Below the pieces are notes generated by a model that saw only the letters and a list, made by a program, of their open reading frames with translations, did not search any database and was not told the origin of the DNA. A stretch of DNA of 63,965 nt, counting the filler, from Thelocarpon superellum (taxonomy: Eukaryota): NCBI GenBank assembly GCA_026025795.1. It is 5 parts of 5 records of this genome, joined end to end, with 100 filler letters (N's around TTAATTAATTAA, not from the genome) between each part and the next. Parts side by side here need not be neighbours in the genome. Positions count along the whole stretch, not along the records: positions 41,779 to 55,539 come from JAPEUG010000453.1; positions 55,640 to 63,965 come from JAPEUG010000605.1; 3 more parts are not named here. The stretch is one strand, 5' to 3'. Each line of letters starts with the position of its first letter. The stretch's first letter is position 1. Position numbers and translations under genes: made by a program. Of this stretch, positions 48,620 to 61,103 are shown piece by piece.

Positions 48620-49990
48620 CTCGAGCGAGGGGCTGCGGCTGGCAGGCGCAGACGCCTGTACGCGTGGGCTCCGCTCGGACGAGCCCGCGGCCGATGCCAG
48701 CAGGGAGGGATGAGCTGCGCGACGGGTCAGCGAGGACAGTCCTGGAAGCCGTGGCCGTGGTCGTGGTCATGGGGCTGAAGGGGCGTACCGTCCACTGCGG
48801 CCGTAACGGACGGCGATGGCACGATCACCAGCGTCGCCCTCGCGGGGAGGTACCTATTCTGGCCGCCGCAACGGAGACGAGGATGGCGCCGTCAAGCCCA
48901 TACGCCCAGATGCACAGAGGCCTTGGACGTGGTGACGGCCAGGTAAGGATGGCGGGATGGATAGAGATTGGACGCGACGCGACCGAGGTCGATCGAGATA
49001 ATCAATCGCGAAGGAAAGTAGAATCAAGGAGTGACATGAAGGCGGATCGGACCAAGCAGCTGCAGCCAATCATCGCGGCGCATGCCACGGAAGGGATGTC
49101 ACCCGTACAGAATAGCCACGATCGCCGCAGTACGAGTACTCGTCCGTATGAAGGGAGACGGGTGACCAGGGCGTAGGTATGCAGCCCCAGTACTGGTGCT
49201 GTCACTTTCTCGTCGTATTATCTGCGCTTGTATTACCTGACTCGTCTGGCACAACCAGCGTAGTTGCCGGCAGCGGGACGGCCAGGGGGTGTTTGTGGGA
49301 GGGAAATGTACTTTGTACAAGCGCGTCGAGTCCCACGTCAATTTCGCTGGTCGCGATGGGGCGTTGATGGACGCTGCGACCGTGCACCGTCGTCTGCCCG
49401 GTGGTACGAAGTACACCGAGGCGTCACAACAAGACTACCGCGACGGCTGGTTGAACGTGCAATTGCACGTGTACCACCTGCACAGATTGAAAATGGCCCA
49501 CTACGACCCAGGACTAACGCGAGCAAAGGTGTGGTTCCCGCGGTCGTGCCAGGCCACTCTGTTATCTGGTCCCTGGTGCGCGAGACTTTTCCCCCTCGCC
49601 TCCAATGGATCGTGCCGGTCTAGCAGTAAGCGAAGTGAACCGAGCCCATGCCAGAGGCGGTAAGGACCGGGAGCCCCCGGGAATACTTGAGCACGCGTCT
49701 TGACTCGCTTTTGGTCACTCGCCAGCATGATGGTGATAAACGCCGTCGACCTACGATGGACGTTTTCTCGCACCACGGTCGATTGTTTCCTCTGGACACC
49801 TTGAACGTTCGACGGTACCAAAGACATATTGACCTCTGGGAGAAGTCGATTCGGTTGCTGGACCGTGGCGGGAAGAGACGGACGTGAAAACAATCGCCAA
49901 AAAGTTTCCAATTAATGAATTTAAATATTGTTCAACCGAAGAAATGTCTCCGTGGTTCCATTGGTACGGTCTACTTTTCATGTACACAGA

Positions 49991-51810
49991 TCATGGTCCA
50001 TGAGCCGGATAGTCTGGTGTAAACGCATCCGTGTAAAGCATGCCCAGCTCACGACGAAGCGTTCTTTCGCGGGCGTAAGCAGCCATGTCAGTCAGCTGAG
50101 CGGGGTCCTCGACTTTGGTGAAGTAGATGGTACTGTTCGACATGGGTGCCGAGGGCCAGGCGTAGTCTCCACGACTGTTCTTCGCCTGATACCGCACAGG
50201 CACCAGAGAATCTTTGACCAAGTTGCTCCCCGGCTCAAGGCAGAAGGGAAGAAGAATACTCGCGACTAGGACAAAGGAGGCGGACACCAGAGCGAACGAG
50301 GCCCATTCATCCAAGGCCCGTGTCGTCGCGGCCAACAACGACGGCATGTCTACCAGCAAAGCGCGAGTCGTTAGCCATGCTCCACGTCCGGTGCCAACCA
50401 GGTCGCCGCATCTGGGACGAGGCTACGCACGCTGGCCCGCAAGTCGGTGATTGCGTAGTAGAGGGCCGAAATATCCCCGGATGCGATCCTTCATCCGCAG
50501 CAAATCCTCTCTCCACCTGACCATGTCGATTGGAGACACGGTCCCAAACACGAGCCTTCTTGTCAGGGTCGATGCGTTCCTCTGAAGCAATCGAAACTCA
50601 TCTTCATAAGCATCGCGGGATCGGATCGGGATCATGTCCAGCGTCGCGTTGGCTTTTGTCTCCAACGGGAATCGATTCCAGCGAGTCACGTAATCCAGCA
50701 GGTGCGCCGATGCGATCTTCCGCAGCTGATCGTACACGCTGGGCTGCGACAAGGCCGTGAAGAGCCCTTGGTGCCTTGGCTTGTAGCTGGCGAGGAGACT
50801 CTCTCGATCCACGAGGAGCACTTGCCGTGGCAAGGTCACCAAGGCCTCCTCCAGATCCGACACCGCTTGCCTGGCGTTGCTCAGCGCACGGGTATCCATA
50901 ATATACGTTGCTATGCGCTGTCAGTTGATCCAAGGCCTCCTTCGGGAGATGCTCTGGGGCGCACACCAAAAAATTCACCAACAAACTCAAACGACCGCGC
51001 GCCTTGAAACATGACGATGCGAGAGCGACTGAATGCTTGCAACACGTCGCTGGTCATCGTCTCCATGTCTCCGAGCCAGAACGGCGGCGCCCTCCGTTGA
51101 TCTTCATACTGCGTCGTGGTTTGGAACGCGGGGGGATTACGGTCTCGGAGCGATTCCGTCCAGAGCGCCGTGAACTCGACGATGGGACGGAGTGCCACGA
51201 TGGCGGGAGCCTCTTGCGTGGTCAGAAGACTCAGGCTCCCAAAGGTCTCAAACATCGATCCTAGGGGATCCGCTGCTTGGCCACGGGTCCCTTGAGGGTC
51301 GAACGGGTTCCAGGCCCGGGGCGGGTCGATATCCCTGCCGGGGTAGGCACGGTCCGTCCATTCGGGTCCCGCAAGGACCTTGTCCTGTGGGTCAAAGTGG
51401 GAGGGCTCCGGCATGAGGCCGGATTCGTAGAGATCGTCTAGCCAGTTCCGCACCAGAGATCGTGTTTCTTCCAGCCTGTTCCCACCTCCCGTGATGATGA
51501 CCTTGATCGGATATTCGTCCGGGGAGCAAGCCAGCTGGTTCGCTTGGTGAAAGAGGGCGGCGAGGGCCACCAAGGCTGCAGGCTTGATATCGGTGAAGAT
51601 GTCCACCTCCGCCCCACACTGCATCGTCCACGCGGTGTCGAGGCCCACGTTGCATTGCGCCTGCTCCGCGGCAACGGGGTTCGAGGAGTTCTCCACATCA
51701 CCGATCGTGCGCGTGTGACGGCACATCCACGTGAGGAGCCACCACAGGCTGGCGGAGAGTCCGGCGTTCCTCCCTTTGTCTTGAGGCCCGGTGCATGGAA
51801 AACAGACCAT
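49991..51810 (-). CDS. Hypothetical protein, 3 exons, weak nucleoside-hydrolase-like N-terminal motif
   Basis: ORFs 50911-51810, 50423-50899 and 49991-50359 join in frame through introns GTGAAT…CTGAC…TAG and GTGCGT…CTAAC…TAG. Confidence 0.6.
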
Positions 51811-52664
51811 TGCATCGCCCGGAGCCGGATCGTGCCAGGAACAGGATCATCGGGACGCGAGTCAGGGACTCGCGACAGAACAGCTTCTCGCGGCCGCCGT
51901 GAAGCACCACGTTGGATCACCAAGATCGAGAAGTCCTCATGAATCCCGTCTTGCCGCGCCATAATTGCCGCACCTACCCGCAGTCGGACACGGAGGATAA
52001 GGGATCAGTGCACACGTAACTGTGGAAGTGGAACTGGGTCCGTGCTTTGGCCCGGATCTAAAGGCAGGACTTGCCACTTCCAGACTGAGGACGAGGGTCT
52101 AAGGTCGCTGCGGAGGTGGGTAGGTTCGTCATGGCCCGTCGGCTGCTCACCGTGTATACCCGTCGTTGATGACTCGTGGGTTATACCTCTCCACTTATCT
52201 GCGATGGTGCACGCAGAACCAAGACCACATGTAGCACGAAGTAAATACTGCGTACCTACACTTCGCAAGCGTAGGGCATACTTCTCAAGCCGCGAACCCG
52301 GTGATCCCCCGTGCATCTCCGACCAAGCATTATGACCCTACTCGCCATCACCCAGTTTGGTAGGTGGTCTTAGTTATGGAGGCACTCGGGCTCGAGCGTC
52401 GTCGCACTGTGGCGTCGAAGATGGAATCGCCCTGATCGTCTCTATGTACACCTTCCCGTGCCCGGTCCCGAATCGCTTTTTCAAAGTGAATGATCCCACC
52501 ACCGCCAACGTGACGCTCGCCAGAACGGACACGGGGACAGGTGGAGGACGAAGAAGAAAGATGCCAACCCAATGCCTTCAAAGTCGGTGGAATGCCAGGG
52601 AAAGGGGCGGGGGTCGCGGCGTCGGACCCGGTCGGCCGCACCCGTGACGTGCTGCTTCGGCCCT

Positions 52665-53795
52665 CTAGCAGCTGAACGAATACTTGGGGTTGCGATTTTG
52701 GTCGAGCACACCCCAATGAGTCTCGTCCAAGACGGTTCCGTCCAGGCCCGTGGCCGTACCCTTGCCGGGCTCGTCAAAGGCCTCGAACACGAACAGATCC
52801 CCACCAATGGCGAGGATTGTGCACACCGAGTTCTTGAAGTAGGTCTCGGCCTCCTTCGTACCGGGGACCGCCTTCTCGTAGTCGCCCCCGCCCGTCGGCC
52901 AGCCTGGATATCGCTGTCAGCCGTCAAGCAGCGCAGACAAGGGGTGCAGTTGCCGTACCGGTCTCGCCAACCATGAAATGCTTTCCTGGCCCAAGCTTCT
53001 GCACAATACCTTGCGCTTGTGCGATGTCGTCAAGGAAAACCTGCGTGGCGTTTTCGTTCGTGGAGCCTTGCCAGAACGCAAAGCCGTTGGCCAGTCTAGC
53101 GGTGGTGAATCAGAGGGCGCCCACGCTCGAGGAACGGGTGTGACTTACAGGATGTCGACCTTGGGATTGGTGATGACATCGTTGAGCGCGCCACTTTGAT
53201 AGCTAGTCCAGCTGTCGGCCGTGCCAACGGGAATATCGCCGACAATGTCCTTGATCTCGTTGATCTTGGGATTGAGGGTCGCGGCCGTAAAGTTGCCGCG
53301 GTAAATGGTTTCCGAGCCGACGGTGATGGCGTAGACATAATCCGACAGCTTGTCGCCGTAGGTGGATACGGCCGCTTGGACCGCGCTCTTGCCCGAATTG
53401 TACGTATCGTCGGCGTCGGGCCTACGAGATGATCGGGTTAGCTACCACCCGTATCCATCGCGTGAGAGGGGTGTTGGCGACGGTCGTGAGACGCGACGCG
53501 TCCGCCATCAGAGCACATACCAGATCCCGAGGATCACCTTGAAGCCGGCTTGCTTGCACGCTGGGATGATATTCGCTGCATAGTCGCAACCACCGGCGTC
53601 ATAACCTCGGACGAGGGACGTGTTGGTGTTGGCCGACAACGCCTTGAAGTCATCTAGGTAGTCGTTGGTGGTCTTGCAGGCACCTGATGGCATCACAGCC
53701 CCCAAGGCGAATCCCAGTTGGCCAGGGTAGCTCCAGGCCGAGACCGCGGCCGGGCCGACGGCGAGCAGGAGGGAGAGCATGGCGTTTGACGGCAT
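52665..53795 (-). CDS. BGL2: GH17 cell-wall beta-1,3-glucanase/glucanosyltransferase (Bgl2/Bgt1-like), 4 exons
   Basis: Signal peptide, LGFALG…GACKTT.DY..DF, KVILGIWP, AITVGSE..YR, VGTADSW, LANGFAFWQG, VGETGWPT, FEAFDEP.K, ETHWGV, YSFSC*. Confidence 0.93.
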
Positions 53796-55539
53796 CCTGG
53801 CGAAGAATGAAAGCGACGGTGCTGGTCGCGTCCGACCGAGGATCGATGTGATTAAAAGGTCGGGATGAATATGTGGAGGCAGACGTAGATATGAAAGACG
53901 TCAACGAGCGACGGGAGAGACCTCTGTCGGTCAATAAAGAGTGTGGGCGTGTTTCGTTGGAAGGACAGACTGATGAGTGAACGAAGGACTAGGATGGGGA
54001 TGTGCAGGAGAACAGGAGGCGCGACGAGTGAGAGACTTCAGGCGTCGGGTGCCTCAGCGCTCAGCGCTCGCAACTCTGCACCTACGCTACGCCAACAGTA
54101 TGGGCCACACTACGCACATGAATCGCGCGGCGGTGGGAAACGGACCTGCCACTTTTACTCGTACGAGTAACGACGGGGACGCTCCTACTCGTTCCGACTC
54201 GCCGTAAGCCCGCGGCTGCACGCAGGTCCCACCGCTCCCGCAGGATCCGAGCTCCACACCGCGCGTTCCTGGCGCGGGCGTTTTCTCCCTGGCGCTGTTT
54301 TGCCCCTGCCGGTGCTAGTGACATCAACAATACTCGGGGTTGAAACGAGTGCCATACTCGTCCTCTGGCCGTGTCGCTTGCTACCAACCACTCGCGTCTC
54401 CACGGTCGAGGCGCGAAGGCTGGGGAGAATGCCGCAGGTCATTGGCTAGGCCGCCCTGGCCCAGCCGACTAACGGGCCGTGACGAAGAATCGGCAAAAGG
54501 GGCGCGGCGTCCGGTCGGTCGATTCCTCACTCACCGCGGTGGTGCTACACCATAAGTAATGGTGGTACCATCCGTGGCGAGTACTCGTACTCATGGGCCT
54601 TGAGTTGTTGTGGCCCTCACGTGTCTCGTTGAATACTCGCAAAAGTAGTCGCGTCTCGCTGCTGGACCCACCCCAGGCAACGTGCTGTCGGCGAGCAGGC
54701 GTTCCTTGCTTCCAGACGAGCCAAGATATGTAGCAGTGCCTATTTCGGGATCCTTCCCGTGCTGTCCTGCAACGCGTCGAGAGACACCCGATCAAAGATC
54801 TCGCGTACCTCGTAAGTAGTGGAGCTGTCGATGCAGAACCCTGGGGTTCTAGCCTCCCTCTCGTGCCGGATGCTGACGCCGTTGGCCACTGGCCGCGATC
54901 TGGTCAGTCCCTCATACTATACGGTATGTGGAGGATCCATATGGGCTCGCTTCGCAGGTGCAGAAAAACCTGGCTGCCATCCTTGGGACAGGTGCTCGAT
55001 CTGCCCTGTGGTAGAATGTGTCCTATCGCAGGTTCTGGTGTCGCATTATTCTAAGGGTGGTTGATTTACAGGCGGAGATTTGGCCAACTTCGGACTGGAA
55101 GTCGGTAAAGATTCCTGCGGGCGCAGGCGCCTGTGAAGCATTCCTCGAAGGAGCTGGGACCACTCAAAATGAACCTCACGACCCTTGCGTCGGCCAAGCG
55201 CCACAATGCATGAACCGCACCTTACGCCCGGGCTATATGGGTCAATAACCACGTAGGCTTTTGGTCACCAATTGACGAACGCTCCCGCTGCTCGATAGGT
55301 CTAGCATACGACGCTTCGCAGAAATTGTCCTGACAGGTCTTGGATGGCAGCTGTCAAAGAGGGACACTATTTCAGGCAGATACCGGGACGCCTCCGTGAG
55401 AATGGTATTTCTACGAGGTCCAGCGGGGATATATCTCTCCTTAGGTTCCTCGATCCTCACTTCCCTATCACGTCAAGTGCCAGACCTGTGAGGCGACGAT
55501 CAATCCGCACCCACGATTGACATGGACGGATCAAGGGCA

Positions 55540-55639
55540 NNNNNNNNNNNNNNNNNNNNNNNNNNNNNNNNNNNNNNNNNNNNTTAATTAATTAANNNNN
55601 NNNNNNNNNNNNNNNNNNNNNNNNNNNNNNNNNNNNNNN
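55540..55639. other. Artificial contig spacer
   Basis: N-run/TTAATTAATTAA/N-run, 100 nt. Confidence 0.98.
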
Positions 55640-57101
55640 TCGCGGCTGGCGCTGTGGCTGTTCGGAGGCGGACGGTGGTGAGCATCGTAGGGATGCGTAG
55701 AGAGATACAGAAACGACCTCGCGTGCGGCTGGTACCACATCTTGCTCCACCACGTCTCGAGATAGGCTTTGTCGCCGTTGAAGTGCAGGAGAGCGGGCAC
55801 GGTGGGGACGTGCAGATTCGTGGCCAGGGGCACCGTGAGCCAGGATTCGTACAGTGTTGGCGAAATGGGGGCAAACTGGGCCGGGACGGTGACGGGTCCG
55901 CCAAAGGGAGGAGAAGCGGCGAGGATGTCTTGTGGAAGGGCAGCACGCGTGTCATTGTACGCGATGAATTCCACGTCGTCGTGCGAATGCGTCATGGTCT
56001 GGAACAGCGCCATTTCGTAGTCGAGCCCAATGCCGTACTCGGCCCGCGGGTCCACTTCGTCGGCGTCCTCGTCACTCATCTTTCCTGCCTGTCGGAACCA
56101 CCGCGTCCACGACGGCGTGAACCCGGCTGCCCTCCTCAATCCTCGTTGATACTCCTGCTCGCCAAAGATCTCTGCGAAGATGTATTGGTCTCCCTGGTTG
56201 TCGACCCCCTCGTCTTCCACCTTGTACAAGGCTCGCTCGTAGACGGCTCGAACGGCGGCAGCGGGGCCGATGACGGCGCCGGAATTCAGCCATCGAGGAC
56301 GTGTGTGGAATCCTGTCGGATCGCGGTCCGTCTCTGGTCCCCATGCTATCTTGGACAGGCTCGATTTGGGAATGGCCATGCATGCTGCGTCTTGGGCGGG
56401 ATTCGGCCAGCAGAGCTTGTCGGCGCCGAAAATCACCGAGTTCACGTATCCAGTGCTCGAGCCTCTCCACCCCTGTCCATATTGTTCCCTTAGCTTTGCG
56501 GTGTTGGCTCGCACCAAGTGATGATAGCGTTGAATCAGGAGCTCCGGAGGGAGTTGAAACCACACGTCATACCCATCGACTATCAACACCAGATCATTCG
56601 GCTGAATCCGCGGATTGCCCGTCAGATACTCCAACACTCCTCGAATCTTCCCGACGTGCGTGCCATTGTCCCATGTGTCGCTCGTGAATGTGCGGTTGAA
56701 GTTGATGACGGTTGGAGGGGGGTAGTGCAGGATGAGGGTTGAGACAAAGGTCTTGCAGAAGTTGGGATTAGTTTGGGATGCTGGGATGAGGAGGTGAAAG
56801 GGTGGGATGTCTTCGTTGCTGGCGTCGTCGCCGACCGGACGTATGGACTCCAGGCCGCCCAGGGAGTTGTGACCGAAGCCGAGCGACAGATCGGTTGGGA
56901 GTCGGAGGGGACTCGAGAGTGACCTCGCCAAGGGCAGCTGGATCTGCGTACCGTCCGCTGTCAGCCCCAGAGATCTGGGCGAGGAGGAAGATCATCAAGC
57001 CAAAGACTCACCTTTGACGTGTCACTCCACAAGAAGACCGTGGCGATGCACCCAAGCACCAGAGCAGCGAGACCGACCCATCCAGGACGATGACGAAGCA
57101 T
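55640..57101 (-). CDS. Type II membrane glycosyltransferase-like protein (PLOD GT-domain-like), 3' truncated
   Basis: Exon 1 MLRHRPGWVGLAALVLGCIATVFLWSDTSK, intron GTGAGT…CAG, then GKIRG…DLVLIVDGYDVWFQL…IFGADKLCWP…RWLNSG..IG…DQ.IF…LDYE..LFQ…LLHFNG. Confidence 0.75.
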
Positions 57102-57314
57102 TCGGACGATATGGTTTCACGCAAGGATACGAGATGGTAGATTGGCGGAAGAATGAGCGTTGAGCGATGGGACGTGGCGTGGAGAGAGAGGGAGATGACG
57201 GGTCCGGTTGGATGACTCCTTTTGGAACTCACGCGTAGGCAAGCAGCATCACGAAATTCACCCTGGAACTGCACATACTGCACATGGATGAGGGATGGCC
57301 CTCACAAGGTGTGA

Positions 57315-58388
57315 TCAGAGTCCACCTCGCATCTTTTGTAGTTGGTCAATGAACGCGTACCCTCCCTGCCTGCCCGCCCAGGCAAAGCGACTTTGCTCCG
57401 GCGCCTCTCCCTCGCCCACGTTGGTCGGGTCGGCCACCATGTTCCTTGGAGGCTTGGGCGGCGAGGTCCGCTGTTTCTTCTCCTCGGCTTCCTGCACCAA
57501 CGCACGCTGTCGATCCTCAATGAGCTTGATGAGACCGTCGACGAACTTCACCCGCGCCTTCTCTTCGGCCGTACCCTTCCAGACGTGCGCGAGCTCGCGC
57601 AGCTCCTCGACCCGCTTTATGGCTGCCTCCAATCCATCTTCCCCCGTCTTCCCGCTCTGCAACAAGTCGGCGATCTCTTGGCGAAGCTGCTTGGCCACGG
57701 CGTGACCCTTTTCTTCGCGGCTGTAGCTCTCCGAACCCGCTTCGGGGGCGGAGACGGAGATGAAGGACGAGGTCAGCGAGACTTCGGATGGTGGAAGCGT
57801 CCATTCCATGGCCTCGCCGAAGATCTTGATGACGGCCTCGAGCCGTTCCTTGACCAAGGAGAGCATGCGGAGCTGAGAGAGAAACTGTGGTACGGCCGGA
57901 TCGGCCTCTAAAGGAGCTTCACCTCCGTGCTCAACCTCGCCCTCCCGGGACGGGGGAGACGTCACGATTGCGAGACCTGCCGGGACGAAGCGCTCGATGT
58001 CCTCCTTGAGTGTATCCGTCAAGGCTTCGGCGAGACCAAGCGTCTCGCCGCGTAAAAGGTCGACTTCATATGCTAGGCGCGAGCCACTGCGGAGGATCTC
58101 GTCCGTCAGTTGAGTCAAGGTGTGGGACAAGCGTGAGGTGTGTGCGCTCAGTTGTGAGAGGAGGGTTTGGGCCTGCGACGAGACTGCCGACAGCGCTTCA
58201 CCGGCGCCGGCAGCCTGTCGGGAAGCGCCTGGCAGAGAACAGGTCAGGGGGGGTAGAGTGGCATTGAGGTAATCGGCCGGGTCGAAGGAGGGTGCCAGGA
58301 AAGGCTTGAGGGTTGGATCGGCGACATGGTGGGAATGGGCCTTGACGCCCGTACCATCGGTGGTTTCCACCACGGCGGCGGGGGCCAT
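57315..58388 (-). CDS. Conserved fungal helical protein, COG7-like
   Basis: Intronless ORF with PFL..SFDPADYLN, LTQLTDEILRSGSRLAYEV..LRGE, VKERLE.VI..FG.AM.W and VWKGTAEEKAR. The COG7 link is from recall. Confidence 0.7.
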   Translation of the reverse strand: MAPAAVVETTDGTGVKAHSHHVADPTLKPFLAPSFDPADYLNATLPPLTCSLPGASRQAAGAGEALSAVSSQAQTLLSQLSAHTSRLSHTLTQLTDEILRSGSRLAYEVDLLRGETLGLAEALTDTLKEDIERFVPAGLAIVTSPPSREGEVEHGGEAPLEADPAVPQFLSQLRMLSLVKERLEAVIKIFGEAMEWTLPPSEVSLTSSFISVSAPEAGSESYSREEKGHAVAKQLRQEIADLLQSGKTGEDGLEAAIKRVEELRELAHVWKGTAEEKARVKFVDGLIKLIEDRQRALVQEAEEKKQRTSPPKPPRNMVADPTNVGEGEAPEQSRFAWAGRQGGYAFIDQLQKMRGGL

Positions 58389-58568
58389 TGCTGTTGTTCC
58401 GATTTCTAGCAGGTAATCCACGACAATTACATGATTTAGTCTATGGGAAGGGGAAGATGCGTTGCGAACATCGAAGTTCACGAATCACGGATTGGCCCGA
58501 GTTGTCGCTACTCTACGTTCCATGTCCGCGCAGCACCAAGCGACAAGCACCCCACCTCATCCCACGAC

Positions 58569-59305
58569 ATGCCTGATTCCAGATCGCGCTCGCGATCGAG
58601 ATCCCCCAGGCGGGCCGATCAGGCTCGTCGGCCGTCTTCACCTCATCGGTCAATTCCCGACGACTATGAGAGGCGACGGCAACGACCCGATGGAGATGGA
58701 GACCGAGATGGAGAACGAGAACGAGAACGAGAAGGAGAGCGACCTCGTCGGCATGATCGTGGATTCCGGTGGAAGGACAAGCAGCGCGGGGACGCCCGAG
58801 AGGGAGGGGCGGACGAGCGTCGATACGAACGTAGCTACCGGCCGAATCAACGGTCCCGGTCGCCTCGTCGCGAGAGGGAGCCGGAGCCCAGACGGTCGAA
58901 AGTAGCAGAGAAGGGCAAAGTGAAGCCAGCCGCTCCGACCAGTGCGCCGTCCGGCGAGCCCATGATCATCGTCAACGTCAATGATCGGCTAGGAACCAAG
59001 GCGGCCATTCCTTGTCTTGCGTCGGACCCGATTGGTAAGTCGCCAGCCTGTGAGGCGTACATTGTACAGGCATGCTCACCACCACCAACGTCTAGGACTC
59101 TTCAAGGCACAGGTTGCGGCTCGCATTGGGCGCCAACCGCACGAGATTCTACTGAAGCGGCAGGGCGAACGGCCGTTCAAGGATGCGTTGACCTTGGAAG
59201 ATTATGGGGTGAGCAACGGGGTGCAACTAGACCTGTAAGTCGGTCGATGCGTTCGGGGTCTGACCGGGACTAATGCGTCTCAGCGAGCTTGATACAGGTG
59301 ACTGA
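58569..59305 (+). CDS. HUB1: Hub1/UBL5-like ubiquitin-like protein with an N-terminal RS/RE-rich extension (3 exons)
   Basis: [13 protein letters not shown]…, then MIIVNVNDRLGTKAAIPCLASDPI/GLFKAQVAARIG…ILLKRQG..FKDALTLEDYGVSNGVQLDL/ELDTGD*. NDRLG.K and FKD..TLEDY are Hub1 hallmarks. Confidence 0.85.
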
Positions 59306-59411
59306 GCAACTGTCTGGAGTGCAACTGAGTCTCCCTCCCTTGGCATTGTGCTCGTCAGGCTCTCACCCAGCAACCGTCCTCCCTGTACAGGGTTGGAACC
59401 GCGTGGGTGTC

Positions 59412-59554
59412 CACGATGGTGGAGACATGATGGTGGAGACACGATGGTGGAGACACGATGGTGGAGACACAATGGTGGAGACACGATGGTGGAGACACGA
59501 TGGTGGAGACACGATGGTGGAGACACGATGGTGGAGACACGATGGTGGAGACAC
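59412..59554. repeat. 14-bp minisatellite CACGATGGTGGAGA x10
   Basis: Ten copies; only two variants (CATG…, CACA…), both at the CpG. Confidence 0.97.
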
Positions 59555-61103
59555 CGTAGTGAAGAGTCCGGGAGCCGGAGTGGAAATAGATGTGCTCATG
59601 AGTATTTGGTCGAGAGAAGGGGGTAGGAGCAGGGAAGGTTGCGGTCGTGATTGCGTGGGGGATCATAATCGTCGTGATGGAACGAGATTGTATGCTGGCT
59701 CAGGAAGAGCGCTGCGTCCGCTTAATCGGTTTCCCACCCAAGGTCCTCTTCACCGCCCGTAAGCACCGCCAACGAAGGAGTCCCTGTTCCCCAGGTAGAG
59801 AGTGTGGAACATTCCCGGTCGTATCAGCATGAGTGTCTTTGGTCCCATGGGTCGCTTCTGAGTGTAATGAGCATCTTGGATCGAACAGTAGAGCCAGAGC
59901 CTACGAAGACTGCAGGCCACGGGTTGATACGATTTGACGTGGCTTGCCGAACGTCCGTCTCGTCCGTCTCGTCTGTGCCTCGCTGGCTTTGTTCCCTCCT
60001 TGAATGAAAGATGGGAGGTGCCAACGCACCCTTTTGGCGTCATCATCCGCTCTCCGCTGGCAGAATAGATGCACTGTCATCATTGGAGCGACGAGCTGTA
60101 CGGATTGAGTACCTGTGCCAATATCTGCTAGTCTGTTGAGCTCTTCTTCTTTCTATGCCCCAGGTCAGCCTTGCGGTTCGGAAGGGTCTGACTAGTCCCC
60201 ACGCTGACATGGCGGCATCCGGGACGCACTGCACAGCTGGTGTAAGCACCGCGGCTTCTCGACTACGGTCCGCTCCAAGTACCTTCGTACGTGCATATGG
60301 TCAGAGAAAGCTAGGCCAAAGCTCTGCGATCGAGACCAAGATCGAGGTGGAGACCTTTAGGGTAGGCGATACCGACTGGGACGGCGGAGCGAGCCGGACC
60401 CACAGCCGTGGCACGTACAAAACCACGACCAACATAGTAGTTAACACCACTTAGTATGTTGGTAAGCTAAGAAACGCAAGGTACTTCAAGTCCCGGGGCG
60501 GATATGCTCGTGCACCATAGCCGCCACCCCACCGCCACAGCTCCCGAGCCCTGCGCTTTCTCCCTCAATCCGAGGTCCGACAGCGCCGTTGCCCTGTACC
60601 ACGTCGATATGTCGACACATAAGAATCCTGCCTCTTCTCATCAGAGGGAGCAAATGGCGCAATCGCTATGGTTGGGGTATGCCAAGATGTACAACAGCTC
60701 CTTTCCAGCGGCTGGTCGATCGAGCGTGACGCTTACATTGCCGATCGACTGCCTAATTCGGCAAAGCACGCGTCATGGGTCCGCTCACGGTCCGGACCCT
60801 GACCATGGGCGTTGACTGGAATACCATGTGGGCATGTTCGACAATCGACGCCTTACCCGTCACCCGGCCTAATCCATTCCTATATGGGACTGGACAACGG
60901 CCCTGTGTAGTGCTGCTCGCGGATTGGGCCGTCGATTCTGGTGTGCCCTGACCCGCCGTCGCTTTCAGATCCCGCCTTCTCCAGATCTCGATCACGACAT
61001 TCGACGCTGACGTGCGGACGTGATGATAGAGTCCTGCTCACCCTCACCTTGATGCCACTCCTGCTCACGTGCCATCACCGCCGTCACGATCGCGACAGAC
61101 ACC

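Noticed and set aside
52960..53010. Suspected frameshift in the GH17 gene before VGETGWP
   Set aside because: Re-reading gives a continuous frame (VQKLGPGKHFMVGET) followed by a normal intron.
59227..59762. ORFs with METRWWRHDGGDT or PPSCLHHRVSTIVS repeats as peptide precursors
   Set aside because: They are translations of a 14-bp DNA repeat (not a multiple of 3), with no signal peptide or Kex2 sites.
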